Assembly (NCBI GenBank): GCA_973895155.1
Contig: OZ316894.1
Span: forward strand, 7,216,234-7,280,233
Direction: 5' to 3'
Source of the DNA: Marsupella aquatica
Taxonomy: Eukaryota > Plantae > Marchantiophyta
Length of the DNA: 64,000 nt
Shown here: positions 25,030 through 35,930 of the stretch, piece after piece
How positions within the stretch are numbered: the first letter of the stretch is position 1
How the letters are laid out: each line of letters begins with the position of its first letter
Made by a program: the position numbers and the translations under genes
The notes under the pieces: generated by a model
What the model was told of the DNA's origin: nothing
The model's database searches: none
Seen by the model: the letters and a program-made list of their open reading frames with translations, nothing else

Positions 25030-25933
25030 AGCATCTTCCCAGGATTTTGAACAGGGAGAAGCACCTATCGGAACAGACGAGCTACCCCTTCCTGTACTTT
25101 TGACAGATCGAACTAACCAGGAAGTCTCTTTACCTAGCGATAATTTTAAAGAAGAACTTCCTGTTTTAGTACCAATGCATCCCATTGCAGATCAACCAGC
25201 TACTGTTGCAAGAGAAGAATTTGAACCACTGGAGCCCGAACCTTCTGCTCCTTCGTCTCCTGTTACATTGCCAATTCGACCAGTTAAGGAGTCAGTGATT
25301 CCTTCCGCTATGCCAGATGTAATTTTCCGTTGGATAGGAGCACCAAGTGATGGAGAAGAAGACGAAGACCCTCGCATTATCAGAGTACCTCCTCGACTTC
25401 GGCATACAGTGGATTTGCCACCCCGAAATCCTATCCCTAATTTGGCTTCAATTCACAGGTGGGAGAAGAAACATTTTCGAGTAGCTTTTCGACATCTGGA
25501 GATGGAGAGCATTTTGCAGCAGCAGCAGATTTTGCCAATGACATCCCATCCGAGGATTCGTAGTTTGATTCGCACATATGAACCTGGGAAGGCGGTTCCT
25601 CCCATTGATAAGGACAGACGACATAAGTTTTCGGAGTTCGAAATTTGGTGTTGGGTGTATATGCTTCGACGAGCTCAAGCTCCATTTCCGCCCCTTGTGC
25701 CGGAAATTCCATGGCCCTATCCATACTATGTTTGGGTTTGTCCTGGTGGGTTTGCTATTCCAATTAAATATGAGAAGAAGCTTGTTAAGCTAAGGGAGCA
25801 GTTGATTACAAAACAATGTATGCTACCGGCTTCCCAAGGGTTCAAGTCGCTTAGGTGTTTAGCGTTCCTACCTATTATTCCTTCTTATCCGGATGTGATT
25901 ATTCAAGGTGTTTTATCTAGGACACAGATTTGA
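24995..25933 (+). CDS. Unknown Pro-rich ORF between gag and protease
   Basis: 312-aa open frame overlapping the end of gag. No motif recognised. Confidence 0.45.
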   Translation: MRHAISRQIFPEASSQDFEQGEAPIGTDELPLPVLLTDRTNQEVSLPSDNFKEELPVLVPMHPIADQPATVAREEFEPLEPEPSAPSSPVTLPIRPVKESVIPSAMPDVIFRWIGAPSDGEEDEDPRIIRVPPRLRHTVDLPPRNPIPNLASIHRWEKKHFRVAFRHLEMESILQQQQILPMTSHPRIRSLIRTYEPGKAVPPIDKDRRHKFSEFEIWCWVYMLRRAQAPFPPLVPEIPWPYPYYVWVCPGGFAIPIKYEKKLVKLREQLITKQCMLPASQGFKSLRCLAFLPIIPSYPDVIIQGVLSRTQI

Positions 25934-25945
25934 AGGACACCATTT

Positions 25946-26422
25946 ATGAGAGATATCAAACGGTGTTGTCATTTATATGTATATAAGCCGTTACTTTTGC
26001 AGCATCCTGCAATTGTTTCCTTCTTTCTCCTTCGAATTGATATTTATCTGCTCATGTGGGACATCAAAGCTACTATGGATTGTTGGAATTCTTTACCCCG
26101 TGCTTTCCAACATTCCTTTGAAGGCAAGATCAAACTGGGAGGACATGCTATTCAACACTTTGTTATTGATCCAGGCTCTCGAATTAATTTCCTCTCCCAC
26201 AGACTGTGCCAGCAATTTGTTCATCAAGAAGTACAACCGATATCTGCTCAGATATCAATCGATGGACGAATCATTAATCTTTGGGGAAGAGTTAAAGGAG
26301 TCCCAATACAGATCGGAGAAGAATTCCATGACCTCGATTTTTATATTCTGGATTCGGATATCTCCCAACTCCCGTCAATGATTTTGAGCACTACTTGGAT
26401 TATTAAGCCAGAATATTATTAA
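25946..26422 (+). CDS. Retropepsin-like aspartic protease (probably degenerate)
   Basis: VIDPGSRINFLS...G.VKGVPIQIG...DFYILD...MILSTTWI. Confidence 0.7.
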   Translation: MRDIKRCCHLYVYKPLLLQHPAIVSFFLLRIDIYLLMWDIKATMDCWNSLPRAFQHSFEGKIKLGGHAIQHFVIDPGSRINFLSHRLCQQFVHQEVQPISAQISIDGRIINLWGRVKGVPIQIGEEFHDLDFYILDSDISQLPSMILSTTWIIKPEYY

Positions 26423-26486
26423 TGAAGAACATGTCACTCGCTTCTGATTCAATTCGGTCATGTCTTGTGGGGACACGGCGAAATTT

Positions 26487-26499
26487 AAGTGGAGGGCTA
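26487..26499 (+). promoter_or_regulatory. Polypurine tract
   Basis: AAGTGGAGGG immediately before the 3' LTR. Confidence 0.65.
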
Positions 26500-27886
26500 T
26501 GTGGTATGGGTGTCCCTGCAATTTTTTCTGGAAACTTGTTTATTTTTAGCATATCACAAGATTTACTTACACTTTAGACACCTTCCGGCCAACATTTACT
26601 TGTTCTGGACACTTATAGAAATATTTGACATCTCCGGCTTTCCTGACGATTCCTAGTGTACTTTGCCCGACGCTGTGACCAGCGCCCGTTTCTTTTACTC
26701 AAGACACTGCGGAAGCGTCCAACCTCCTCATGACGCTTTTGGCAGTGCCCGACCGCCACCAAGACTCTATGAGGATTTCGACCGACGCTGTGGAAAGCGT
26801 CAGCTTCAACACACGACGCTGTGAGCAGCGTCCACCCTAGTATTGACGCTGTGAGCAGTGTGAGCAGCGTCCGTTGGTTTTACTTAAGACGCTTCTAGCA
26901 GCGTCCAGATTCTCCCGACGCTTCTAGCAGCGTCCGCTCAACACTTAGTTTTTGAAGTAGATTACTAGTAAAGTAGTATTCTACCACCCTTGTTGAAGTA
27001 CTTATGCTGTGCTTCTCCCTTGTTTAGTTTTAAGCTTGGAAAGGCACGACTGTTCTTACCTCCTCCATTTTAGGATTCCAGCACTTATAAGACAGAGTAG
27101 AATGCTCATTTGAAGTAGAGAGAAATAGAGTTAATACTGTATTCAGAATTGAGTCTTCTGAATAGTTTTCTCCTCCTTCCATTGTAACAAGGCATGCTGT
27201 GAGTGTTTTGTATGGAAGTAAAGCTATATTGATTGAAGTTAAGATTGAATTCAAGAGATTCCTGTGGTGATTGAATTCAGTTGCAGATTTCTGAAACTCG
27301 TATTGAATTCACTGCTAGGCTTGCTTGCAGAGTCGGGATTCGCTAGCCAATTCAAGAATAGTTAATGATAAATGAGAAGTAAATTCTGATTCTCAGAGTA
27401 GTTAGTACTGTTGCTTTGATTCTGGAATATGGTTTAGAGTTTGACTGAATTGCGTATCGCTGATGTCAAACCATGTTGACGGCATTTTAAATCATATCAT
27501 TCATTTGCAATCAGAAAGCTTCTGCTTCATCAGATTGAGAATTCCATTATCATTAACCTTTGTGTTTTGAAGAGTGAGATGGATGAATTATGAGATAGAT
27601 TTCATGTCTATACTGAGCCCAAATCCTTTCTGAAGGAGTGGCAGTAGCTTGTAGTCTCTAAATCCTTACTCATTTCTTCTCTAATTCATAAATCAGAAGT
27701 TCAGTTACTTTGTTGTTTGTTTATTCGATTTTTTTATTGAGAAGTGAAGTCAACATAGAGCTCAAGACTCTAAATCACTCGGAGTGATAAAAGTTATACA
27801 ATTCATTCTGAAATCTGTTCTTAAAGGGATCGAAACCCTGGTTTTAGGTGAGGAGAGTCACTTTTGATACTTAGCACTATACGACA
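26500..27886 (+). repeat. 3' LTR
   Basis: Same length as the 5' LTR. One substitution noticed by eye (g at 21155 vs a at 26706). Confidence 0.97.
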
Positions 27887-27891
27887 TTCTT

Positions 27892-30096
27892 AGCGTAGGT
27901 GGAGTAAGTAGAAGTGATCGGCATCGCCCATCGCGGCCTCTGCTCTCAAGCCGTCTTGCGGATCTCTTCAATTGTGGCTAGAGGTTTGCTTCCTTTTTTG
28001 GCTAGCCGCCTGATGTCCTCCGGCCAATCTCCTCCTGGCAAATCCTTTTCCCTGGCCAGGGCTGCCTTCTCTTCCTGCCTGATTCGCTCCTGAAATTCCT
28101 GCGCCGTCTGTTTTATGCCGTCAAAGCTCGGGGGAGCAACATCTGGTGGGGGAGACTCAGGGCTACTCTGCTGGTTGGGGTCCCCTCATACTACCCTTGG
28201 AAGTGTGGGGATAAACCGGCCACAGGTCCTTACTCCTGGAACGTGATGGTCCGACCCATAGCCGGAGTTATCATGGCTGCAGTCCTCCACTGCCTCCTCT
28301 ACTTCTTGGACTTCCGGCTTCTCCCTCTCTTCTTCGTCGGTAGGAGCTTCAGGCAATTCTGCCTCAGATTCAGAGCTTGAGACTCCCACGTACATTCGAA
28401 CACCCGGCTTGGATTTTGGCCTGATTCTGCTTAGGTTGACCTCTGGGGCAATGTCCTGCATTGTTGCCGTTGCCGTTGTCGTTGCCGATGCCGATCTCTT
28501 CTCTTTCTCCAGTAGTTTCAGCAGATTCTGCATGCCTGGTTGCTACATCGGCAAGTCCTCCGTCCTTGGCCTAAACACCTGCTCAATCGTAGGGCTAACA
28601 GGTGGTTGAGGCTTCTCTGCTACTGGCCTCGGTGCTGGGGCTTCCTCGGGTGCCCTTACCTGTAGGGGAAGTACTGGGGCAAAGGTCTGACCTTTGGCAT
28701 ACCGGCACAACAGCGGCATGTGATAGTCAAGCCGCGACACGCTCCCCATGCCGATTACCTGCTGCTCCTCCTTTAAGATCTTCTTCAATTGGTTGAGGAG
28801 GTACCCATTGTAGTCCCGGCTTGGGTCTGGCTTCTCTGCCAGATAGACCTGTGCCTTGCCGATCTCTGCCCTCGGCAAGTTACAATGCATGGTCACCAGC
28901 AAGAAGTCGATCATCTCTCCTATGTGCAGGTTGGTGCAGGTGTTTCGGAAGAAGCCATTCTTCGTTGATGGCCCGGGGAACGACCGGAACTCCTTGTCAG
29001 GCAAGGTCTTCCTGGTATCAACTTTGGTCTTATTACCTATCGGCAAGCCAAACACTTCGGCAATCACCTTGGGAGTAAGATAGAAATCCTTCCCATATAT
29101 CCTCGTGCAATTGGTCTCGGGTTCCCATGACCCCACAAATTCTAATAGGTCTGAATCCGGTACCTCCGGCTTCAGCCATGGTAATCTTACAAAGGCCTCT
29201 AAGCCGGATCCGGCCATGAAGCCTTGGTACTTCTTGGTCTGCATGGCCGTAAAGCATGCATCCTCCTCCCGTGCAAAATGTAGTTGCACCTCCGCTGGTA
29301 GGGTTGCCGCCCAGCCCTTCCAGGTGTCATCCCTGGTTGGAATGGCATTGATGGGATCGTCCTCCTCCTCTTCGGTTTCTCCCTGCCTCCTGCTCTGCTG
29401 CTCGGCTGGCTTCCTTGGTGCCGCCGACCTCGTTCTTTTTGCCGGGGTGGCTTCATCATTGACGGCTCCCTTCCTCTTCATCTCTGCTGCCGTGGAGGTT
29501 TCTCCTAGCACCGTTGCCGGGGTCCACCTTTCCGTGCTACCCTTCAATTCCCAGTGTATGTCGTTGCAGTTCTTGATGGCCTCTCGAATGCCGATGATTT
29601 TGTCTTCACAAAACAGAAGATCGTCGAGCTGATTGGAAGTAGGAGTCCACAAGAACTCAGCGTTGATGAGTTTGCCTCCTAAGAAAGCCGTCTTCTGCAG
29701 CTCCCACAATCGAGCGAGCTCCTGTCGTTCTCGAGCTGCCCTTTCTGATTCTTTGTCCTTGTAAGTCTTGATGTACTCAGTTGCCCGTTCGAACAGGCAT
29801 CCCTAGAAATGTGCCGCTTGATTGACGTTGCTCATACCCTCCTTGAGTCGATCATTGGTATCTGTTCCCACCCCGCGTGCTTGCCTAAGCAGCTGACAGT
29901 AGTTGGCCTCCCGTAGTCGTCTGCCTAGTTCATGCTCGCAAATGAGCCACCATCTCCTGCAAGCGCTCCTTACCCCTCTCCTCTTCCTGTCCTTTCTCCC
30001 ATTGATCTTTCCTAGCCGCCGATGCTTAGCGCGCCCTAACCCTAATCTTGTTTTCACCCCCAGCGTCCTTACCTCCGGCCTCGGCCCAGGTTCCAT
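27892..30096 (-). pseudogene. Unit A long ORF, N-terminal part with a segment resembling plant retrotransposon extra-ORF / plant-mobile-domain proteins
   Basis: ORFs 29803..30096, 28543..29709 and 28186..28533 are in one frame, separated by stops. Contains GLEAFVRLPW...LLEFVGSW...IYGKDFYLTPKVIAEVFGLP. Homologous to 53520-55685. Confidence 0.65.
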
Positions 30097-30216
30097 AGTC
30101 GCCCCTAATTGTTTATATTTTCCTTGTTTTGTCCCTATTCTAAGGTGTTTCTAGGGTGCACTCCTGCTTTACCCACTTAACTGGCCGAGTGATTCCTGGC
30201 TAGGCATCACAAGGGC

Positions 30217-31238
30217 CGGTACATTGTCGTTGGATGTACTGGGTAGAGCGGTTTATGGGAGTGATGAAGTCATATGTGTCAAATCGTGTGAGAGTGGAAG
30301 GTAGCATCGCTGAGCGTCATCTTGGAGTAGAGAGCATGTTTTATTGTACAAACATTGTAGCTACACTTGATCCCAGTGCACCAAGGGGGTGGATAGACGC
30401 GCGAGGCATCAAGGGAAGCAGACTTTGAAGATGATCGTCTTACAGGGGCAAAGGGAGAACGAGTTTTGGGCTCAGCTGAGCACCTTCAAGTCACTACATT
30501 TATGTTGTATAACTTGCCTGAGATTGCGGGAGATTGGACAACTTTTTATGAGGAGGAAAAGGCAAATAGTCATTGGCCACGCATCTTCCCCAAGTTTGTC
30601 CCATACATGAGGGCAAAGTTTACCGAGATTGATGCCTTGTTGGAGCAAGGGGAGAGCGTGTCAGACTTCCCTTTGGTTACAAACAGCCTTCGCACCTTGG
30701 TTCATGGACCATTACTCACGGTGACAACTCGGACCGCCATGTGGTCAAAGGGAAGGCATTTTCGTGTGCAACGGCTTGATGATAAGAGGGCAGCTACACA
30801 GGATTGTGGGGTCATGGGTTGGTTCACCCAAGATTCACAAAGTAGCATATCTGATAGGAATCCAATACGCTCTACAGTGGCCCACTATGGCAAGATTGAA
30901 GAGATATTGACAGTGCATTATCATGCACACACCACTTTGGAGGAGGTGGTGTTGAAGTGCAAATGGTTTTGGATGAACCTTGTTGGCCATAACCAAACTT
31001 GCAAAGAGGATGCTTGTGGGTTCACACGGTTGAAGACGGTGCAAATAGTGTCATTAGCTCAACTTGGAGAACCTCTGATCCATTTGCATTCCCCCACCAT
31101 CTTGAGCAGGCCTTCTATCTTCCGTATCCCGATGATCCTGAGTGGTCCATTGTCATGACTTATATTCCACAATCACGATCCATCATCCAAGAGCGACCCA
31201 ATGTGGTTGTAGTTGAAGATTTGGACCCCGAGCCTTGA
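30217..31238 (+). pseudogene. CACTA-1 transposase, 3' part (DUF4218/DUF4216-like)
   Basis: PVHCRWMYWVERFMGVMKSYV.NR.RVEGSI, TQDCGV, YGKIEEI, LKCKWF, DPFAFPHHLEQAFY. Frameshifted. Confidence 0.9.
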
Positions 31239-33282
31239 GGTCCTTGCTAGCTAGTGTAACTTGGGATTAATCGAGTAGGACCCCTCCATATGTTTATTTT
31301 TACCGGCATTATATATATCATTGTTGTATTTCATGTTCCCTCTACTATGAAAGGGACCAGATTTCTTAATAAAGTTATGAGTATTTGTTTTCCACACCAT
31401 ATCCGATACAATGAACATCGCATAATTGTCGGAAACATCTTACCTTAATTCCGAAACCTTGTCCGATTCAGTCTGCATTGGACCCCTCTTAACAGTTATC
31501 GGATACTTGTCCTATACATTTCCGTTACTAATCTTATCGGAAGATATCCGATTCTAAAACTAACGGAAGGAAGGACCGTTTACATTTGCATCGGAAGGTT
31601 AACATGTGATTCAAAAAGAATGGCAAATTGCGTTACTATTGAAGTCAGACAATTCCAATGCATTTCCGATTTGTTTAGTATCGGACGGTTGAGCTCTCGC
31701 GATATCGGAGCATCGGAAAAACGCTGAAAATGTACTAGTGTAGCGCTACGGTGCGCATATGTCTATACGTATGCTTACTGCCATAGGTATGTTTCTATTC
31801 CGCCGCCGGAATGTACCCATAAACCAGTGACTCTGACCGATTCCCGGCTTAGGGACTTCTAAGCCATTGCCCCACCACTCTGTCATTCCACTCCCAACAA
31901 TTAGAGTTATGACAGTCTTCACCCAACCCACTTCAATGCACCCGGTACACCTCTCAATGGCGCTGCTAGTCCCATCATACACTCAGATTGCCTCACACAC
32001 ACACATCCATGAGAGAAATGAGGCCTGAGAGGAAAACTCAATTAGATTCAATGATGTGCACAATAGTTCACTGAGAACACTTGATTCGAACAATAGCCCC
32101 AAAGGCTGTCTACTCCAGATTGCGACGTGCTTGCCTTGCAAGCCCCGTGCTTGCCCTGCAAGCTCAATCCTAAACCTGAGCCCGACTCACTCCAGATTGC
32201 GACGACAGATTGGACTCAAACCAATCCTGTACTTGCCTTGCAAATTCAATCCTGAACTCAACCTCCTTCACTGCACTTCATTCTTGGGGGCACATACAGA
32301 TCTCACACCTCCATTTTAGAATGTCAAGTTACGCATGCACAGTTGACTCGACTTCAAAGCTGGTACCAGGCCTAATGGCGATCTACCCCAGACTGCAATG
32401 AGGCCCGGCCTCATGCTTGCCCTGCAAGCTCAGCTCTGGCCATAAATCCCTTAGTGCTCTCTACCAGACAAAGGCCGGGACTCCCCATGGATCACGTAGC
32501 CTTGCCAAACTGAACTGTAAATGCTCCTCCTGCTGCACCTTGATCAGTGTCTCAGCCTCCCTACTGTGCTCATCGTAAATGCAATCAAAATCCTCCCCAC
32601 AGTTTACAATCACCAATACGTCACCTATCACCAAGGCTATGTATCGGGGGAAAAGAACCCAGTTGTGCTGCCCACTAGAAAGAGCCACAATCCAGCTTGC
32701 AAACCTGGCAAACCGTTGCTGTGAAGCTTGGCTGATTACTCCTTGAGTAATAGCACAACCCAGCTCTCCCCAACACACGACGTCCAAGTCCAGCCTTGCT
32801 TGCACAGAGCTCCTCCCTGATGCTCAGTCTACGTGAGATCACACAACTGAAGTCCCCCTGCCTCTACCGGGGGGCTGCCCTATATACTCTCACACTAAGC
32901 CCAAATGGGTGGATGCTACGTTATTGGCGCCCCATCCTAGCCCTAACAGAGCCGCCACTATATCTAACTACTAAACCCTAACTCGCAATTTTATTTCTAT
33001 CTCAAACTGACTGTATTTCGGATTTGGCCCTCCTCCATAATTTTCGTGAGCTTGCGCCTCCTCTCTAGATTTCTCTATTCAACCATTTGCTGCGTGGATA
33101 GCAGTGTTGGAAGCGGCTTGAGCTCCTCTTTCCAACGAGGTCAATTATAGCCGATTTGGGCAAATACAGAGAAAGTTATACCCCCGCAACCGATAGGGGG
33201 TACACATTGTTGCGCTAACCCGAGTTTGGCTAACCAAGCTATCCTATCCACCGAGTAGAGCTAACCGGTGGCCTCTGGCTAA

Positions 33283-33483
33283 TCTGCTAGCCGCTAGTCT
33301 GCTATCCGCTAGTCTGCTAGTCTGCTAGTCTGCTAGCCGCTAGTCTACTATCCGCTAGTTTGCTAGCCGCTAGTCTACTATCCGCTAGTCTGCTAGTCTG
33401 CTAGCCGCTAGTCTACTATCCGCTAGTCTACTAGTCTGCTAGCCGCAAGTCTACTATCCGCTAGTCTGCTAGTCTGCTAGTCT
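33283..33483. repeat. Short tandem repeat (ccgctagtctgctag / gctagtct units)
   Basis: Directly visible, inside LTR-like unit B. Confidence 0.9.
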
Positions 33484-34109
33484 GAGCCCAAACCCGAGCT
33501 TACCTATAATTATGCTAACCCGGGCCCGAGGTCAGGCTAACCCAAACTTGGGCTAAGCCTAAGCTGAAGCCGGGCTGACCTAAGCTAAGCTGTGGCCAAG
33601 CTTAGGTTAACCCGAAACTGAAGCCAAACCTGCTAATTCCGATCACACATTAACCCGACACACTAATCAGGCCGTATCTTTCTTAATACACCTCTGTTCC
33701 CAAGTGTTTTATATCAATTTTACTCGCCTTGACCAGATCTTTCCAATGCTCTTTATAGATCCGGATTTGGCGACACATTGAAAGAGATACGGTCGCCGAC
33801 CACCTGCGACATAGTTTTTATTTCCCTACTCTTAACGCCATGATTGCCCTTATTCTTGCCATCTCGCTGATCGTTCTACAGTCTCACAGTTACTTACTGT
33901 GCACAACATACCAATTCCATCGTATTATTGAATAAGGACCATGTCACCGGCGTCACACCAAGGCCACCCGATGAAGGAACACCTGGAAGGTCGAGATCAT
34001 CTCGAGCATCATTTCCAAATTCAGGCAGTATTTCACCCTCCTCTTCCATGTAGCTTGGGATTTTCGGGCCCTCCATTTTGCGATGCTCTAAATTCTCCGC
34101 AAATACTTC

Positions 34110-35449
34110 CTAAAAAACACTGGCTTCCACCGGAGCTATGTCTGAGGCTGCCTCTTCTATAACAACGAGGAGACCGACAGTAATTTCCTGAGATGCTAAC
34201 GACTCTTTGGGTGGCACATATAAAACTTGCTTGTTGTCATGGAGGAGCTTAGCAAAGGCTTTTGTGAATTCCATCTCTTGAGCTGTGTCCAAATACACAA
34301 AACAATCCCGACCAAGAATGACACAAGCTTTCAATGTCTGTCCTCCAGAGAAGAAATCCAACACTATGTGACTTGGGCAGGAGAAATAATCAACAAGACG
34401 CTTTGTCATTTGCAAAGGCTTTGCTCTCGGATTTACAAAGCCACCCCGCCGACCGACCATCTCATAAGATGGGGCCATCTTCTCCAAAACTTTGACATCA
34501 ACAGTAGATTCATCGAGCTTATCTTTCCCCTTTGATTGGTCTTTGTTGTTCCCAGTAGGGGCCTTCAAACCAAGATTGTGAAGTCTTTGTCCCACTTCTC
34601 ACTGTAGTTCCAAAATGCATAAAAGTCATCAAAGAAAATTTGGGACCAGTCTGGTTCCTCTTCACAATAAATTCCCCCAAAGATGATTGAGTCTTGGGCT
34701 CCAATGAGAAAATCTCCCTCCTCCTTGGGCAGCTGATCACGGTAGAAGCTCCCGTACTCCAGCTTCGTGTGGACTTTCTTCTCACGAAAAATATTTCCAA
34801 AGGCACTTTGAATCTGGCCTATCAATGGGCCTTGACGGACAAAAAAGATTACCAAGAGCTCCGTCAAGTTTGCCATCTGTAAACAATACTCCAGCAAGAC
34901 AAAAAATTTGGCATCTGTCCACTGCCGTTGTTGAAGACGACCAAAATTGACAATGGAAAGTGGGCACGTCCTTTGCACCGAGTCAACAATCTCTTGCTTC
35001 ATTGTCCTCATCAAATTATCGCTAAAAAATGTGCGATAAGGAGTATCCTCCATTGAAGGCATCCCACCAAATAACTTGCAATATATCTGCTCAAGCCTAA
35101 CAATGAGACTTTGCGGAAATGGGTCTTTTGGCCTATTTCTTTTTAGGAGGTTGGAAATCCAAACCTCTCCAGCAAGTTGTCTAAGTTTGGGCAACTCACC
35201 ACAATCCATAAATGCAGGCAAATATTGAGTTAGCTCAAACCAAGTGAGTGAATCGGCAAACCGATCCGGATACTTCAAAACGAAGTACTCCACAATTTTT
35301 TCCCTCAGCTTGGTCATGACTTTGAAAGTATGAGCCATATCACTCATTGATTTGAACATCAGATTTGTTGGCTCGAGACGATCTTGAGGTAGAATTAAGG
35401 AACTATGTTGAAATTTATCGGAGAATACATGAAGATAAATCAAATACAT
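34110..35449 (-). pseudogene. N4/N6 DNA-methyltransferase-like fold (beta-class order), catalytic motif not recognisable
   Basis: NPRAKPLQMTKRLVDYFSCPSHIVLDFFSGGQTLKACVILGR resembles the motif X-I-II block of amino-MTases (KP..L..RL....S.....VLDPF.GSG.T..A...LGR). No DPPY/SPPY/NPPY seen; LSIVNFGR sits where it might be expected. Frameshift near 34580. Confidence 0.65.
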
Positions 35450-35477
35450 AAACTTGACCTCAAGGCTCGAGACAATC

Positions 35478-35930
35478 TCAAGCTAGAAGTGGATTTGAGT
35501 TTGAATATACCTGGAACTTTTGATGATCCATGAGTGTATTGGACCCAATCATGGGTCTCTCTGGATGGCCACACTTGTCAAACTGTCGATGGGCATGGAC
35601 CATAGTATCAAGAAAACAAGACTCATACTCCATGGTCTTATTAACAACATTTGCCCTTTGTGAGTGTTGAGCAAGTATTGTTCTTGGAGTTTTGTCCGAA
35701 AGAATTCGTGACAATTTGCGACCTCCTTCAACTTTGCATTGCTCTTAGCCCAACCTATGATCCAAACAACTGCCTTTGCCGAGTGTTGTCCACTAATTGC
35801 AAGGAATTGCACCTTCTTATTCTTAACACCCCACTCAAACTCCTTTCGATCCTCAGGATTATTCTCATAATGGAGCAACTGCGAACTCTCTCTTGAATAT
35901 GGAATTAAATCCGCCATAGCTAGTACCATT
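35478..35930 (-). pseudogene. ParB/Srx-like domain portion of the same gene
   Basis: KVQFLAISGQHSAKAV, an (I/V)xG(N/Q)H-type motif. Joins ...KSIVRNPG (46815) across CACTA-2. Colinear with 1240..1527. Confidence 0.65.

Larger units (their letters stand above)
20949..27886 (+). mobile_element. Non-autonomous Ty3/Gypsy (Athila-like) LTR retrotransposon, gag + protease only, 6938 bp
   Basis: Two 1387-bp LTRs, TSD TTCTT (20944-20948, 27887-27891), PBS, PPT. No RT, RNaseH or integrase motifs. Confidence 0.95.
18610..30211 (-). mobile_element. TG..CA solo-LTR-like unit A, copy 1 (about 4.66 kb without the nested retroelement)
   Basis: Ends TGTGGTGC / GCATCACA. Perfect 5-bp TSD AGGGC (18605-18609, 30212-30216). 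Removal restores transposase GIAG-PVHCRWMYW. Confidence 0.9.
9518..31740 (+). mobile_element. CACTA (EnSpm) transposon CACTA-1, full length, about 10.6 kb without nested elements
   Basis: TIRs CACTAGTACATTTT / AAAATGTACTAGTG. 3-bp TSD TAG at 9515-9517 and 31741-31743. TCCGAT/ATCGGA subterminal repeats. TnpD-type transposase. Confidence 0.95.
9401..33880 (-). mobile_element. Solo-LTR-like unit B (about 2.25 kb: 9401-9517 + 31744-33880), split by CACTA-1
   Basis: TGTCAC...TCTACA ends with a 4/5 TSD gactc/gtctc. Shares the TAGGTATGTTT..ATTCCGCCGCCGGAATG motif (31784-31813) with LTR-like unit A. Strand inferred from motif position. Confidence 0.5.

Noticed and set aside
6311-33888. One large TGTGAGA...TCTCACA LTR element
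   Set aside because: Flanks gacac/gttac match only 3/5. The interior is better explained by separate units 6311-6928 and 9401-33880.
34110-35449. Bacterial contamination or a restriction-modification system
   Set aside because: The gene has spliceosomal-type introns, is interleaved with plant TEs through clean TSDs, and no restriction nuclease is visible.
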